Assembly: GCA_963704125.1 (NCBI GenBank) | Contig: CAVPHA010000015.1 | Coordinates: forward strand, 34,587-98,586 | From: an uncultured Acidobacteriota bacterium | Lineage (GTDB): Bacteria; Acidobacteriota; Thermoanaerobaculia; Thermoanaerobaculales; Sulfomarinibacteraceae | Length of the DNA stretch: 64,000 nucleotides | Direction: 5' to 3' | In this document: in pieces, positions 1 through 8,870 of the stretch | How the letters are laid out: every line of letters starts with the position of its first letter | Numbering within the stretch: position 1 is the stretch's first letter | The notes under the pieces: generated by a model | Seen by the model: the letters and a program-made list of their open reading frames with translations, nothing else | Databases searched by the model: none | What the model was told of the DNA's origin: nothing | Program-made: the position numbers and the translations under genes

Positions 1-2
1 AC

Positions 3-95
3 GTCTTCGTCAACGGCGAACAGGTCCTCAAGGACGGCGAGCACACCGGGGCGACGCCCGGACGGGTGGTGCGCGGACCGGGGTGGACGGGGTAG
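3..95 (+). CDS. 3' end of an amidohydrolase-family gene (D-aminoacylase-like), truncated by the window edge
   Basis: Frame is open from the left edge to TAG 93-95. VFVNGEQVLKDGEHTGATPGRVVRGPGWTG resembles the C-terminus of N-acyl-D-amino-acid deacylase-type amidohydrolases. Only 30 codons are visible. Confidence 0.3.
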   Translation, partial: VFVNGEQVLKDGEHTGATPGRVVRGPGWTG

Positions 96-102
96 ATCGT
101 AG

Positions 103-525
103 CTGGATGCTGGATCACTGGATGCTGGATGCTGGATGCTGGATGCCGGAAGGTTGATCTCAGCAGACGGTAATCGTGAGTTGTGACCCGTGAATTGAGG
201 GCGAGTTGAGCCTGAAAACTGCTGCTTCTCCGGGATGTCGCAGCGCCGGACTCAATGGGCGCCTACACGGAACTCCTCGCCCCTCCCGAAAACTGAGGTG
301 TTACTTGAGCCTCTTGCAGAATTCCCGTTTCTCGGAGGATCGTCGTCAGTGGTCTTCTCGCCGGCGGGGGCGCCGGCGCCACAAAGGGCCGATGTTCATT
401 GTGGGGCCGGCGCCCTCGCCGGCCTGGGGCCGCAGCGGAGGGGTCCCCAGTTCCGTCAACACTCCGAGTTTTGCAACAGGCTCACTTAACAACTCCGGCT
501 CACGACTTCCTCGGTAGCCGGTTTC
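103..525. repeat. Heptad-periodic palindromic intergenic element E1: (CTGGATG)6 array plus inverted GTGAGNN-type arms
   Basis: Tandem CTGGATG units at 103-145. Arm 174-220 (cgtgagt tgtgacc cgtgaat ... gagttgagcctgaaaact) is an imperfect inverted copy of 466-510 (gagttttgcaacaggctcacttaacaactccggctcacgac). Confidence 0.5.
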
Positions 526-559
526 CCGCGAGTTGAGGTGTCACCACCGTCGCCGTCAG

Positions 560-1084
560 TCATTTTCCTCGCTTGGCCTCGACCAGCCTCAGCATCCAGC
601 CGACGATGGTGCTTCGCTCCGAACGGCCGAGCTTCTCCATGACCCGGTCGCCCGTGCTGACAAAGTCCTTGAGGCGAGCCAGTTGGTCGCCGAACGACCT
701 GGCTTCTGGGCCATCCAAGTGACCGGATGCCTCGAGACAGCGATGAAGGACATCAAGTACCGGCTCGACCTCCTTGCGCTTGCGCTCGCGCATGATTGCG
801 ACGAATACCTTCCATGGGTCTTTTTCTCCGACAAAGCTCTCCCTGCGCTCACCCTTTCGGATGGCGCTCGTGACGATGCCCATGGCAACGAGCTGCTTCG
901 AGCGCTCCATGTGCGCCCCCTCGGCTGATGGAGAGCGCATCCATGATCTCGTCCGTGGTCAGGGGGTCGTTGCTGACCATCAGCAGGGCGTGGATTCTCG
1001 CAACGAGCGGGTCATTCCCCAAGCGGGACCAAGGGCCCCCCACTCTGCGATGAATTCGTCCTTGAAATCCTGCAGCGTCTCCAT
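560..1084 (-). CDS. GbsR/MarR-family winged-helix transcriptional regulator, frame interrupted twice
   Basis: Three minus-strand segments join into about 175 codons: METLQDFKDEFIAEWGALGPAWG (ATG 1084), then DPLVARIHALLMVSNDPLTTDEIMDALSISRG (ORF 849-1043), then HMERSKQLVAMGIVTSAIRKGERRESFVGEKDPWKVF... (ORF 560-940). The pattern is typical of GbsR-type regulators. The first and last segments share one frame. Confidence 0.6.
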
Positions 1085-1111
1085 CCCGTCGAGTCTAACC
1101 GCCGATCCTGA

Positions 1112-1129
1112 GAATATTTCAAAATATTC
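1112..1129. promoter_or_regulatory. Palindromic operator candidate GAATATTT-CA-AAATATTC
   Basis: 8+8 nt inverted repeat read directly. It lies in the 90-bp AT-rich gap between the divergent GbsR-like gene (ATG 1084, minus) and the NmrA-like gene (ATG 1176). Confidence 0.5.
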
Positions 1130-1153
1130 TGAAAAATCGTTGCATTCTATAAT

Positions 1154-1173
1154 TTTTCAATATATATTGAAAA
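1154..1173. promoter_or_regulatory. Perfect 20-nt palindrome TTTTCAATATATATTGAAAA (operator / -10 region candidate)
   Basis: Self-complementary over all 20 nt. It ends 2 nt before ATG 1176 and is the second palindrome in the same divergent promoter gap. Confidence 0.5.
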
Positions 1174-1175
1174 TT

Positions 1176-2114
1176 ATGAATAGCACTCAAGCCACCACGA
1201 CGGGTAAAACCCAGGCCGTTACCGGAGCCTTCGGATACTCTGGAAGCCACATCGCTAAGGCACTTCTTGCGAGAGGTCATGACGTCGTCACCCTGACGTC
1301 ATCGCCGCCGGGTGGTTCTGAACTCTCATCAAGGGTCGGGGTGTTCCCCCTCGACTTCAGTCGCCCCGGCCACCTCGTGGAAGCGCTCGAAGGCGTCTCG
1401 GTTCTCTACAACACCTACTGGGTCAGGTTCAATCATCGGCGATTCGATCACGATCGCGCCGTGGAGAACAGTAGGACGCTCTTCGAGGCCGCTCGGTCGG
1501 CCGGCGTCGAGCGGGTGGTGCACGTCAGCATCACCAATCCGTCGCTCGATTCACCGCTCTCCTACTTCCGAGGAAAAGCGCTGGTTGAGGAGGCGCTGCA
1601 GACGAGCGGTCTTTCGTATGCCATTCTCAGGCCAGCCGTACTCTTTGGTGGAGGAGACATTCTCATCAACAACATCGCGTGGGCGTTGCGCCACCTTCCC
1701 GTTTTCGGAGTTTTCGGTGACGGTTCCTACCGTCTTCGACCGATTCACGTCGATGATCTCGCGGCGGCCGCGGTGCGGTTCGGGAAAGAACGAAACAACG
1801 TGGTGGTCGACGCGGTAGGTCCGGAAGCATTTTCCTATCGTGAGCTTGTCGAATCGATAGCGGACATCGTCGGAGTACGAAAACCGATCATCGGAGTGCC
1901 GAACCGGGTCGGCTGGATTGCAGGCAAGGCCCTGGGGCTTTTCCATGGCGACGTCACGATCACAATGGATGAGATTCGAGGACTGACCGCGGGGCTGCTC
2001 GATGTTGATTCCGACTCGATCGGGCGTACTGGGTTGACTGACTGGCTGCGTTCCAACCGGAAAACGATCGGGTTGCACTACGCGAGCGAGATGGCACGAA
2101 GATCAACTGGATGA
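1176..2114 (+). CDS. NAD(P)-binding NmrA-like / atypical SDR-family epimerase-like protein
   Basis: 312 uninterrupted codons from ATG 1176 (in frame with ORF 774-2114). N-terminal Rossmann motif VTGAFGYSGSHIAKALLARGHDV. Overall pattern resembles NmrA/NDUFA9-type NAD-binding proteins. Confidence 0.7.
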   Translation: MNSTQATTTGKTQAVTGAFGYSGSHIAKALLARGHDVVTLTSSPPGGSELSSRVGVFPLDFSRPGHLVEALEGVSVLYNTYWVRFNHRRFDHDRAVENSRTLFEAARSAGVERVVHVSITNPSLDSPLSYFRGKALVEEALQTSGLSYAILRPAVLFGGGDILINNIAWALRHLPVFGVFGDGSYRLRPIHVDDLAAAAVRFGKERNNVVVDAVGPEAFSYRELVESIADIVGVRKPIIGVPNRVGWIAGKALGLFHGDVTITMDEIRGLTAGLLDVDSDSIGRTGLTDWLRSNRKTIGLHYASEMARRSTG

Positions 2115-2407
2115 CGCTTCGATCGGACGAAAAAATGAAACCCAGGGGAACGGTGGTTCGATTGGAAGCCTTCGGTCCGAAATTAATGAGCCGCTCCCAA
2201 GCAAAGCGGATTGTCCGCAATCTCGAGGAATCCCAAGACGTCGTCCTCGACTTCAAGGGGGTCGATCTCGTCGGTCAGGGTTTCGCTGATGAGGTGTTTC
2301 GGGTTTGGGCGCATGCCCATCCCGATAGGAATCTGATCCCCATCGAGATGAAAGGGCCGGTGGAGTTCATGGTGGAACGGGCGATCCGACGGGCCGAGGA
2401 GGACTGA
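2111..2407 (+). CDS. STAS-like DUF4325 domain protein
   Basis: 98 codons. DVVLDFKGVDLVGQGFADEVFRVW matches the DUF4325 (STAS-like) core as I recall it. ATG 2111 overlaps the upstream TGA (ATGA). Confidence 0.6.
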   Translation: MTLRSDEKMKPRGTVVRLEAFGPKLMSRSQAKRIVRNLEESQDVVLDFKGVDLVGQGFADEVFRVWAHAHPDRNLIPIEMKGPVEFMVERAIRRAEED

Positions 2408-2451
2408 AAGGGCGCGGATTTGGCTGCGGTCCCGGTTCCGGATTCCCTCGA

Positions 2452-2560
2452 CTCCGGCCTTCTGGTCCGCCTCCGGCGGCCCAGCGTCGCACCATCGGCG
2501 TGGTCGCTCCGAGGGATGATTGGAAAAGCTGCGACCACGCCGATGGCACGCCGGCGGCCT
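2452..2560. repeat. Hairpin repeat, copy A (16-bp stem CCATCGGCGTGGTCGC / GCGACCACGCCGATGG, about 23-nt loop)
   Basis: Stem arms at 2492-2507 and 2531-2546. The core 2452-2560 reappears in reverse orientation at 17840-17962 with roughly 85% identity by eye. Confidence 0.7.
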
Positions 2561-2817
2561 ACTTCCACGCCGGGAGAGATGCTTTCATCGTGCCTCCCGG
2601 GGGAGCCCGCGCGTATGACATATGTGCCGGCCACGTCGTTGCGCTCACCGAGGAAGTCGCCGGGGGAGCCCGGTAGCGACAATGTGCGAAACGCCCGCGT
2701 CCCGGAGCATCGTTCCGGCACATTGTCAAACCCCGGGCACGAGCTCGCCGCGTGCACACGCGGCATCGGGACGGGCATGGGGAGAGAATCGGTATACTTT
2801 CCGTTCGGAGGAGATTC

Positions 2818-3537
2818 ATGGCCACACCGCACATCAACGCCGAACCCGGCGACTTCGCGCCCACGGTCCTCATGCCCGGCGATCCCCTGCGGGCGAAATA
2901 CATCGCCGAAACCTATCTCGAGGATGCCCGGCTGGTCTGCAATGTCCGCAACGTTTTCGGTTTTACCGGAAGCTATCGCGGTGACGAACTCTCGGTCATG
3001 GCGCACGGGATGGGGATCCCCTCGGCCTCGATCTACTTCTCCGAGCTCATGGAGCACTTCGGCGTCAAACGCATCATGCGGGTCGGAAGCTGCGGCACCT
3101 CGCACCCGGACGTCAAGCTCCGCGACATCGTCATCGCCATGGGCGCCTCGACCGACTCGGGGATCAACCGGATGCGATTCATGGGCCACGATCTCGCCGC
3201 CATCGCGAGCTTCAACCTCGTCCGCCACGCCGTGGACATCGCCGAAGCGCGGGATCTCCCCTACCACGTCGGCAACATCTTCTCCGCCGATCTCTTCTAC
3301 ACGCCGCAACCCGAGATCTTCGATCTCATGGCCAAGTACCAGATTCTCGGAGTCGAGATGGAGTCGGCCGGTCTCTATCCCCTCGCCGCCGAGCACGGCG
3401 TCGAGGCACTCGCTGTATGCACCGTCAGCGACAACATCCGCACCCATGAGGCGATGTCTTCAAAAGACCGGCAGACGAGCTTCAACCAGATGATCGAGCT
3501 CGCCCTCGAGACCGCGGTCGCCGCGAGTGGAAAGTGA
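2818..3537 (+). CDS. deoD: Purine nucleoside phosphorylase, DeoD type
   Basis: RBS GGAGGAG lies upstream of ATG 2818. [31 protein letters not shown]...[10 protein letters not shown]...[11 protein letters not shown] is a close match to hexameric DeoD PNP. 239 codons, intact. Confidence 0.93.
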   Translation: MATPHINAEPGDFAPTVLMPGDPLRAKYIAETYLEDARLVCNVRNVFGFTGSYRGDELSVMAHGMGIPSASIYFSELMEHFGVKRIMRVGSCGTSHPDVKLRDIVIAMGASTDSGINRMRFMGHDLAAIASFNLVRHAVDIAEARDLPYHVGNIFSADLFYTPQPEIFDLMAKYQILGVEMESAGLYPLAAEHGVEALAVCTVSDNIRTHEAMSSKDRQTSFNQMIELALETAVAASGK

Positions 3538-3574
3538 ACCGTAAGGGTGCAAAGAACGCCAAGCGTCGGTGAAA

Positions 3575-3811
3575 TCAGAGCTTGCTGTGGGATCCGTCGC
3601 AACGCGGCTTATCGCCGGTCTTTTTGCACATGCAGATCGCGAGGGTGGATTTGGCCGCCACTTCCAGGGTCACCGGTTTGATCCCGCTCCCCTCGTGCGA
3701 CCGGTCGCACCAAGGCTGGTTCGCTGAGCGTCCGCAAGCACACCAGAAGTAGACACCTCTCTCGAGTTGGAGCACAACCGGCGCCGTGCCCGCGATCTTG
3801 GGTTCCGACAT
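3575..3811 (-). CDS. CDGSH iron-sulfur domain protein (two CDGSH-type motifs)
   Basis: MSEPKIAG...CACGRSANQPWCDRSHEG...CMCKKTGDKPRCDGSHSKL. Two C-x-C-x(8-10)-C-D-x-S-H motifs. 78 codons from ATG 3811. Confidence 0.85.
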   Translation of the reverse strand: MSEPKIAGTAPVVLQLERGVYFWCACGRSANQPWCDRSHEGSGIKPVTLEVAAKSTLAICMCKKTGDKPRCDGSHSKL

Positions 3812-3877
3812 GAATACCTCGATCCTTTGGAAACTCGCTCCAACCAAGATAGCAGGGTCGCCGCCAGGGTCCCGGAA

Positions 3878-4363
3878 ATGAACCGCAAGGACGCGAGGAA
3901 CGCAAGGCGTCGCAAACGCTTCATATGGGGCACGGATCGGGCTCGCTCCCAATGACAAAGACCCACGTCACCCTGAGCGCAGCGACCTCCTAGGTCGCGT
4001 AGTCGGAGCTCCCCTGAGGGTTGGAAGACCGCTCCTGTTGGCTCGTCCCACCGACCCTCGGGAGATTCTTCGACTCCCTCGCGGACTCGCTCGCTCAGAA
4101 TCACAGGTTTTTCGGCAGCTCCCGTCATTCCAAAGGTGGGCGACGCCAGGCGGCGTGGCGGTGCTCAGAATGACGGGCATCTTTCGGCCGCCGTCATCCC
4201 ACAGGCAGGCGCCGCCCTGGAGCGTGGCGGTGTTCGGGTCGACGACGATTCTCAGCGACTCCGCCGGCCGGGTCGGTTGCGATGCTTTGCGATGTCTTTG
4301 CGCCTTTGCGTCTTTGCTTTTCAACCCTGCGATGGAGCGATGCCTCTGCGCCTCTGCGTTAAG
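3878..4363. repeat. Heptad-periodic palindromic element E2 (long form with about 330-bp core)
   Basis: Left terminus 3878-3942: atgaac cgcaagg acgcgagg aacgcaagg cgtcgca...ggggcacggatcgg. Right terminus 4276-4363: ttgcgatg ctttgcgatg tctttgcg cctttgcg tctttgc ttttcaacc ctgcgatg...ctctgcg cctctgcg. The core carries gtca(c/t)cctgagc / ctcagaatgacgg hairpin motifs. Confidence 0.7.
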
Positions 4364-4371
4364 ACTCTCGC

Positions 4372-7026
4372 CTATCCACCGATGAGCGCCCTGACCTGTT
4401 CAGGCGCCTTCGCCAACGCCTCGTCGAGCTTGTCGACATCGGGACCGCCGGCCTGGGCGAGATTGGGTTTGCCGCCGCCTCGGCCGCCGACCACGGTGGC
4501 GAGCTCGCGGACGAGATCCCCGGCCTTGATCCGACCGGTGATGTCATCGGTGACGGCGGCGAGCAGGGTCGCCTTGCCATCCGACTCCATCCCCAGGACC
4601 ACCACCCCCGACCCCAACTTCTGGCGCATGGTGTCGGCCAGATTGCGGAGCTCTCCGGGGCTCATTTCCGGCGCCCGGCGGGCAAGCACCATCACGCCTT
4701 CGACCTCTTCGCGGATCTCCTCGACCCCGACATCACCCGAGGCGAGCTTGTGCTTGAGGGTCTTGACCTCGCGCTCGAGCTCGGAGAGCTGGCGATCGCG
4801 CTTGTCGAGGAGCTCGGGCAGCTGTTCGAAAGAGGTCTGGTAGCGACCCGCAAGTTCGTGCGCGAGCCGGGTGCGGTCCTGGACCAGCTCCACCGCGCCG
4901 CGGCCGGTCACAGCTTCGATGCGCCGCACCCCGGCGGCGACGCCGCGTTCGCCGGTGATGGTGCACAGACCGATGTCGCCGGTGCGATCGACGTGGCAGC
5001 CGCCGCAGAGCTCGCGCGAGAACTCACCATCGCCGACGGTGACGACCCGGACGTTCTCGCCGTACTTCTCACCGAAGAGCGCCATGGCGCCGAGGGCCTT
5101 CGCAGCGTCGATTGGCATGACGGTTTTGTCGAGGGGCCGGTTGCGGACGATCTCGGCGTTGACCAGCCGCTCGATCTCCTGGAGCTCGGCAAAGCTCACC
5201 GGCCCGTCCCACGAGAAGTCGAAGCGCAGCCGGTCGGGCTCGACCAACGAGCCGGCCTGCTGGGCGGCGTCGCCGAGCACGCGGTGAAGAGCGGCGTGGA
5301 GCAGGTGGGTGGCGGTGTGGTTGCGTTGGGTGTCGACCCGCGGGCCCTCGGAAACCGTGGCGATGACGGCGGCGCCCTTGACCAGCGCTCCCTCGATGAC
5401 CTCGATGCGGTGGACGATGAGACCGTCGATGGGTTTTTGGGTGTCGAAAACGCGGGCGTGACCACCCTCCCAGGTGATCTCGCCGCTGTCCCCGACCTGA
5501 CCGCCCGACTCGCCGAAAAACGGAGTCGTTTCGAGGACGACCTCACCCGACTCGCCGGGTTCGAGCTGATCCTCGAGCCCGTCCTCGCCGATGAGAGCGA
5601 TGACCTCGGTGTCGAGGGTGAGCCTTTCATAGCCGTCAAACTCCGATTTGACCCCCTTGTCGGCGAGATCCTCGTACTCTTCACGGTACCGGGCGGCGAG
5701 ATCGCCCTTCCACGACGCCTGACCGCGCTCGCGTTCCACCCTCAGCTCTTCCCGGAAACCCTCGTGATCGAGGGTGAGGCCTTCTTCCTGGGCAAACTCC
5801 TCAACCAGCTCGACTGGAATGCCGTGGGTCTGATAAAGATCAAAAACCACTCGCCCGGGAACCACCGTCTCGCCCGAGCGCTTGATCCGCTCGAGCTCGC
5901 GGCCGGCGATGTCGGTGCCGGCGTTGAGGGTGCGGGCGAAACGCCGCTCCTCCTGCTCGAGCTGGGTGGCGACAATTTCGTGGCGCTCGATGAGCTCGGG
6001 GTACTGCTCGCCCATAATTTCATCGACTACGGGCAACAAGGTGTAGAGGAACGCGCCGTCGAGACCGAGCTTGCGGCCGTAGCGCAGCGCGCGCCGGATG
6101 ATCCGGCGCAGCACATAGCCGCGGCCCTCGTTGGAGGGCACGACGCCGTCGGTGAGCAGGAACGCCGCGGCGCGGATGTGGTCCGCGATCACCCGGTATG
6201 CGGGAGCGAGTTCGCTCGCCGGGTCGTAGGGCCGCTCGACGAGTTTGCCGATGGCGTCGATGATGGGTACGAAGAGATCGGTGTCGTAGTTGGTTTCGAC
6301 CCCCTGCATGACGGTGGCGATGCGTTCGAGTCCGGCGCCGGTGTCGATGGAGGGGCGGGGCAGCGGTTCGAGCTTACCCGTCGGATCGCGATCGAACTGC
6401 ATGAAGACGAGGTTCCAGATCTCGATGATGTCGTCGCCCTCGCCGTTGACGAGCTCGGCGCGGCCCGGCGCGAAGGGGTCGGGGCCGCGATCGAAGTGGA
6501 TCTCGGAACAGGGACCGCAGGGACCGGTCTCGCCCATGGCCCAGTAGTTGTCCTTCTCGCCGAAGCGCAGGATGCGTTCCGGAGCGGCGCCGATCTCCTC
6601 CCAGAGCGCCGCGGCCTCGTCGTCATCGGTGTAGACGGTGAACCACAGCCGATCGACGGGCATGTCATAGACATCGACCAACAGGTCCCAGGCGAACCGG
6701 ATGGCGTCCCGCTTGAAATAGTCGCCGAAGGAAAAATTGCCGAGCATCTCGAAAAAGGTGTGGTGGCGCGCGGTGTAGCCCACATTCTCGAGGTCGTTGT
6801 GCTTGCCGCCGGCGCGGACGCACTTCTGCGATGAGGTGGCGCGGTTGTACGGTCGCTTCTCGCGGCCGATGAAGGTGTCCTTGAACTGGTTCATCCCGGC
6901 GTTGGCGAAGAGCAGGGTGGTGTCGCCGGCCGGCAACAACGAAGATGACGGCACGACCTGGTGGCCGTGCCCGGCAAAGAAGTCAAGAAAGGCGGCCCGG
7001 ATCTCCGAGCTGGTCATCGATTTCAT
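4372..7026 (-). CDS. alaS: Alanine--tRNA ligase
   Basis: 884-codon uninterrupted ORF. N-terminus SSEIRAAFLDFFAGHGHQVVPSSSL, then HHTFFEMLGNFSFGDYFK, the editing-domain HTATHLLHAAL motif, and a C-terminal DHHA1-like GGGKPNLAQAGG. Confidence 0.97.
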   Translation of the reverse strand: MKSMTSSEIRAAFLDFFAGHGHQVVPSSSLLPAGDTTLLFANAGMNQFKDTFIGREKRPYNRATSSQKCVRAGGKHNDLENVGYTARHHTFFEMLGNFSFGDYFKRDAIRFAWDLLVDVYDMPVDRLWFTVYTDDDEAAALWEEIGAAPERILRFGEKDNYWAMGETGPCGPCSEIHFDRGPDPFAPGRAELVNGEGDDIIEIWNLVFMQFDRDPTGKLEPLPRPSIDTGAGLERIATVMQGVETNYDTDLFVPIIDAIGKLVERPYDPASELAPAYRVIADHIRAAAFLLTDGVVPSNEGRGYVLRRIIRRALRYGRKLGLDGAFLYTLLPVVDEIMGEQYPELIERHEIVATQLEQEERRFARTLNAGTDIAGRELERIKRSGETVVPGRVVFDLYQTHGIPVELVEEFAQEEGLTLDHEGFREELRVERERGQASWKGDLAARYREEYEDLADKGVKSEFDGYERLTLDTEVIALIGEDGLEDQLEPGESGEVVLETTPFFGESGGQVGDSGEITWEGGHARVFDTQKPIDGLIVHRIEVIEGALVKGAAVIATVSEGPRVDTQRNHTATHLLHAALHRVLGDAAQQAGSLVEPDRLRFDFSWDGPVSFAELQEIERLVNAEIVRNRPLDKTVMPIDAAKALGAMALFGEKYGENVRVVTVGDGEFSRELCGGCHVDRTGDIGLCTITGERGVAAGVRRIEAVTGRGAVELVQDRTRLAHELAGRYQTSFEQLPELLDKRDRQLSELEREVKTLKHKLASGDVGVEEIREEVEGVMVLARRAPEMSPGELRNLADTMRQKLGSGVVVLGMESDGKATLLAAVTDDITGRIKAGDLVRELATVVGGRGGGKPNLAQAGGPDVDKLDEALAKAPEQVRALIGG

Positions 7027-7498
7027 GGTCTGAACTCTCCCTCTCGGTCGCGAGCCGGGTCACTGCGCGATAAGCGATATCGGCTGTAAACCCGCAGGCG
7101 ATGAGGGAGCTTACCAGACGTGCCCGGCGCTCGGGAAGCCGCCACCACCCCGGTTTCGCCCGCACCTCGACCTTGCGAACGGCGGTTTCAAGGGCGCGAC
7201 CGTGGAGCTCTTCTCCCAAAATGGACACCCGCTCGGCGAGATCGCCGTCGACCCCTCGACGGCGAAGCTCGAGCACCAGCCTGCGCGGGCCCCACCCGCG
7301 ATCGACCGAACGAAATTCGACAAAACGCTCCGCAAGCGCTTCATCGTCGAGCAGCCCGATCTCCGCCAGCCGCTCCAGGGCACGTTCGATATCGTCACTC
7401 TCGAAGCCCTTGCGGCGTAGCTTCTCAACCAGTTCGGCGCGGAAGTGATCGCGCCGGGCAAGCAGCTTGAGAGCTTTGTCGAAAGCGGGATTTTTCAA
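6983..7498 (-). CDS. recX: Recombination regulator RecX
   Basis: 171 codons, apparent TTG start at 7498. Repeated helical RecX pattern (ALKLLARRDHFRAELVEKLRRKGF...IERALERLAEIGLLDDEALAERF). Conserved recX-alaS synteny. Its 3' end overlaps the annotated alaS start by about 40 nt. Confidence 0.8.
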   Translation of the reverse strand: MKNPAFDKALKLLARRDHFRAELVEKLRRKGFESDDIERALERLAEIGLLDDEALAERFVEFRSVDRGWGPRRLVLELRRRGVDGDLAERVSILGEELHGRALETAVRKVEVRAKPGWWRLPERRARLVSSLIACGFTADIAYRAVTRLATERESSDHEIDDQLGDPGRLS

Positions 7499-7594
7499 TT
7501 CTTAATTCTAAACTCTTAATTCTTAATTACCATCGCAAGACCCCCGGTTGTGCCTGCGATGAAATTAAAAATTCATAATTAAAAATTCATAATT
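7498..7594. repeat. Heptad-periodic palindromic element E3 (AT-rich TTCTTAA subfamily)
   Basis: ttcttaa ttctaaa ctcttaa ttcttaa tt ac CATCGCA agacccccggttgtgcc TGCGATG a aattaaaaattcataattaaaaattcataatt. Same grammar as 53900-54016. Confidence 0.7.
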
Positions 7595-7630
7595 CGAGTT
7601 TGGAGCCTATTCGGAGGCTCCAAACTCGAA
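7593..7630 (-). terminator. Intrinsic-terminator-like hairpin overlapping the pilT stop codon
   Basis: Perfect 15-bp stem TTCGAGTTTGGAGCC (7593-7607) / GGCTCCAAACTCGAA (7616-7630) with an 8-nt loop. On the minus-strand RNA it is followed by UUAUGAAUUUUUAAUU. The pilT stop lies in the loop. Confidence 0.6.
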
Positions 7631-8788
7631 GGGCGAGTCTTCGGCAAAAGCGTCCATGGTCGAATCGGTGCCGAGCTCGAGAACACCCTCCATCTCCTCG
7701 CGCGACATATCCGAAGTCGATTGGATGCCCTGGATCTTGAGCTTGAACTCATCGGGATTGGTCGCCCGGCGAAGTGCCTCTTCGAGGGTAATGAGACCGT
7801 TTTTGTAGAGCAGATAGAGCGACTGATCGAAGGTCTGCATCCCGTACTGGCTGGTTCCCTGGGTGATGGCGTCGCGGATGAGCTTGGTCTTTTCCTTGTT
7901 CTCGATGCACTCACGAATGTAGGAGGTCGCGATGAGAATCTCCACCGCCGGGACCCGGCCCAGACCATCGGCCCGGGGTAGAAGTCGCATGGAGACGATC
8001 GCCTTGATCACCGCGGCGAGCTGGATGCGGATCTGCTTCTGCTGATGCGGCGGAAAGACCGAGATGATGCGGTTGACGGTCTCGGTCGCGTCGAGGGTGT
8101 GCAGGGTCGAAAGCACCAGGTGACCGGTCTCGGCCGCGAGCAGGGCGGTCTCGATGGTCTCGTAGTCACGCATCTCACCGACCAGGATGACATCGGGATC
8201 CTGGCGGAGCGCCGATCGCAGCGCAACGGAGAACTGTTTGGTGTCGACGTCGACCTCGCGCTGATTGATGATCGACTTCTTGTCGCGGTGGAGGAACTCG
8301 ATGGGGTCTTCGATTGTCATCACGTGCTCGATGCGGCGGGTGTTGATGTAGTCGATCATCGAGGCCAGGGAGGTCGATTTACCCGAGCCGGTGGTTCCGG
8401 TGACCAGGACCAATCCCCGTTGCTCCTCGCAGATCTTTTCCAGCACCGGCGGCAGCATGAGTTCCTTGAAGGTCTGAATCCGCGACGGAATGAGACGCAG
8501 GACGATCCCGACCGAACCACGCTGTTGGAAGATGTTGCAACGGAAACGACCCAACCCCGGCACCGAGTAGGCGATATCGGTCTCGAACTGGTGCTTGAAT
8601 CGTTCCTTCTGGCGGGACGACATCATGGAGAACGCCATGGCGATGGTGTCCTCCTGCATGAGTCGTTTGAATTCGGTCATCACCTGAAGGCGGCCGTCCA
8701 TCCTGAGAACGGGATGCGCCCCGACCTTGAGGTGGACATCCGAAGCCTTGCGCTCCACAGCGACCTTGAGGATGTCATTGATGTGCAT
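7607..8788 (-). CDS. pilT: Type IV pilus twitching-motility ATPase PilT
   Basis: GGAGG RBS lies before ATG 8788 (ORF extends to 8818). MHINDILKVAVERKASDVHL, Walker A GTTGSGKST, DPDVILVGEMRD, TLHT His box. Intact, with a longer acidic C-tail than classic PilT. Confidence 0.9.
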   Translation of the reverse strand: MHINDILKVAVERKASDVHLKVGAHPVLRMDGRLQVMTEFKRLMQEDTIAMAFSMMSSRQKERFKHQFETDIAYSVPGLGRFRCNIFQQRGSVGIVLRLIPSRIQTFKELMLPPVLEKICEEQRGLVLVTGTTGSGKSTSLASMIDYINTRRIEHVMTIEDPIEFLHRDKKSIINQREVDVDTKQFSVALRSALRQDPDVILVGEMRDYETIETALLAAETGHLVLSTLHTLDATETVNRIISVFPPHQQKQIRIQLAAVIKAIVSMRLLPRADGLGRVPAVEILIATSYIRECIENKEKTKLIRDAITQGTSQYGMQTFDQSLYLLYKNGLITLEEALRRATNPDEFKLKIQGIQSTSDMSREEMEGVLELGTDSTMDAFAEDSPFEFGASE

Positions 8789-8870
8789 CGACGAACCTCC
8801 GTTGGCGAACCTGATCACGTCAAGTGTACATCGGGATGCGGGTGGGGTGGAGTGGTTTGCCGCGCTGCGC

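Noticed and set aside
103-145. Could the tandem arrays be CRISPR arrays?
   Set aside because: The units are 6-7 nt with no unique spacers of 25-40 nt. The arrays are 30-50 nt long and arranged as inverted pairs. No cas genes are present in the window.
206-517. ORFs inside repeat elements (206-517, 3968-4324, 10626-10853, 12879-13115, 13108-13368, 46118-46500, 50051-50587)
   Set aside because: Their translations are just the heptad arrays (RKDAKDAK, NRTRMNADSA, CASASLR, HEEHEVTQK and similar). There is no RBS or start context, and the same DNA reads equally 'well' on both strands.
2275-3447. 390-aa minus-strand ORF and overlapping plus-strand ORFs 2420-3493 / 2622-2984
   Set aside because: They are antisense to or out of frame with deoD. 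They are Arg/Pro/Gly-rich with no recognisable domains, and their 5' part is the hairpin-repeat copy A.
4750-6834. 694-aa ORF on the plus strand
   Set aside because: It lies exactly antisense to alaS. The composition (Gly/Asp/Ala/Val/Arg-rich, no motifs) is typical of long stop-free antisense frames in high-GC DNA, and alaS on the other strand is unambiguous.
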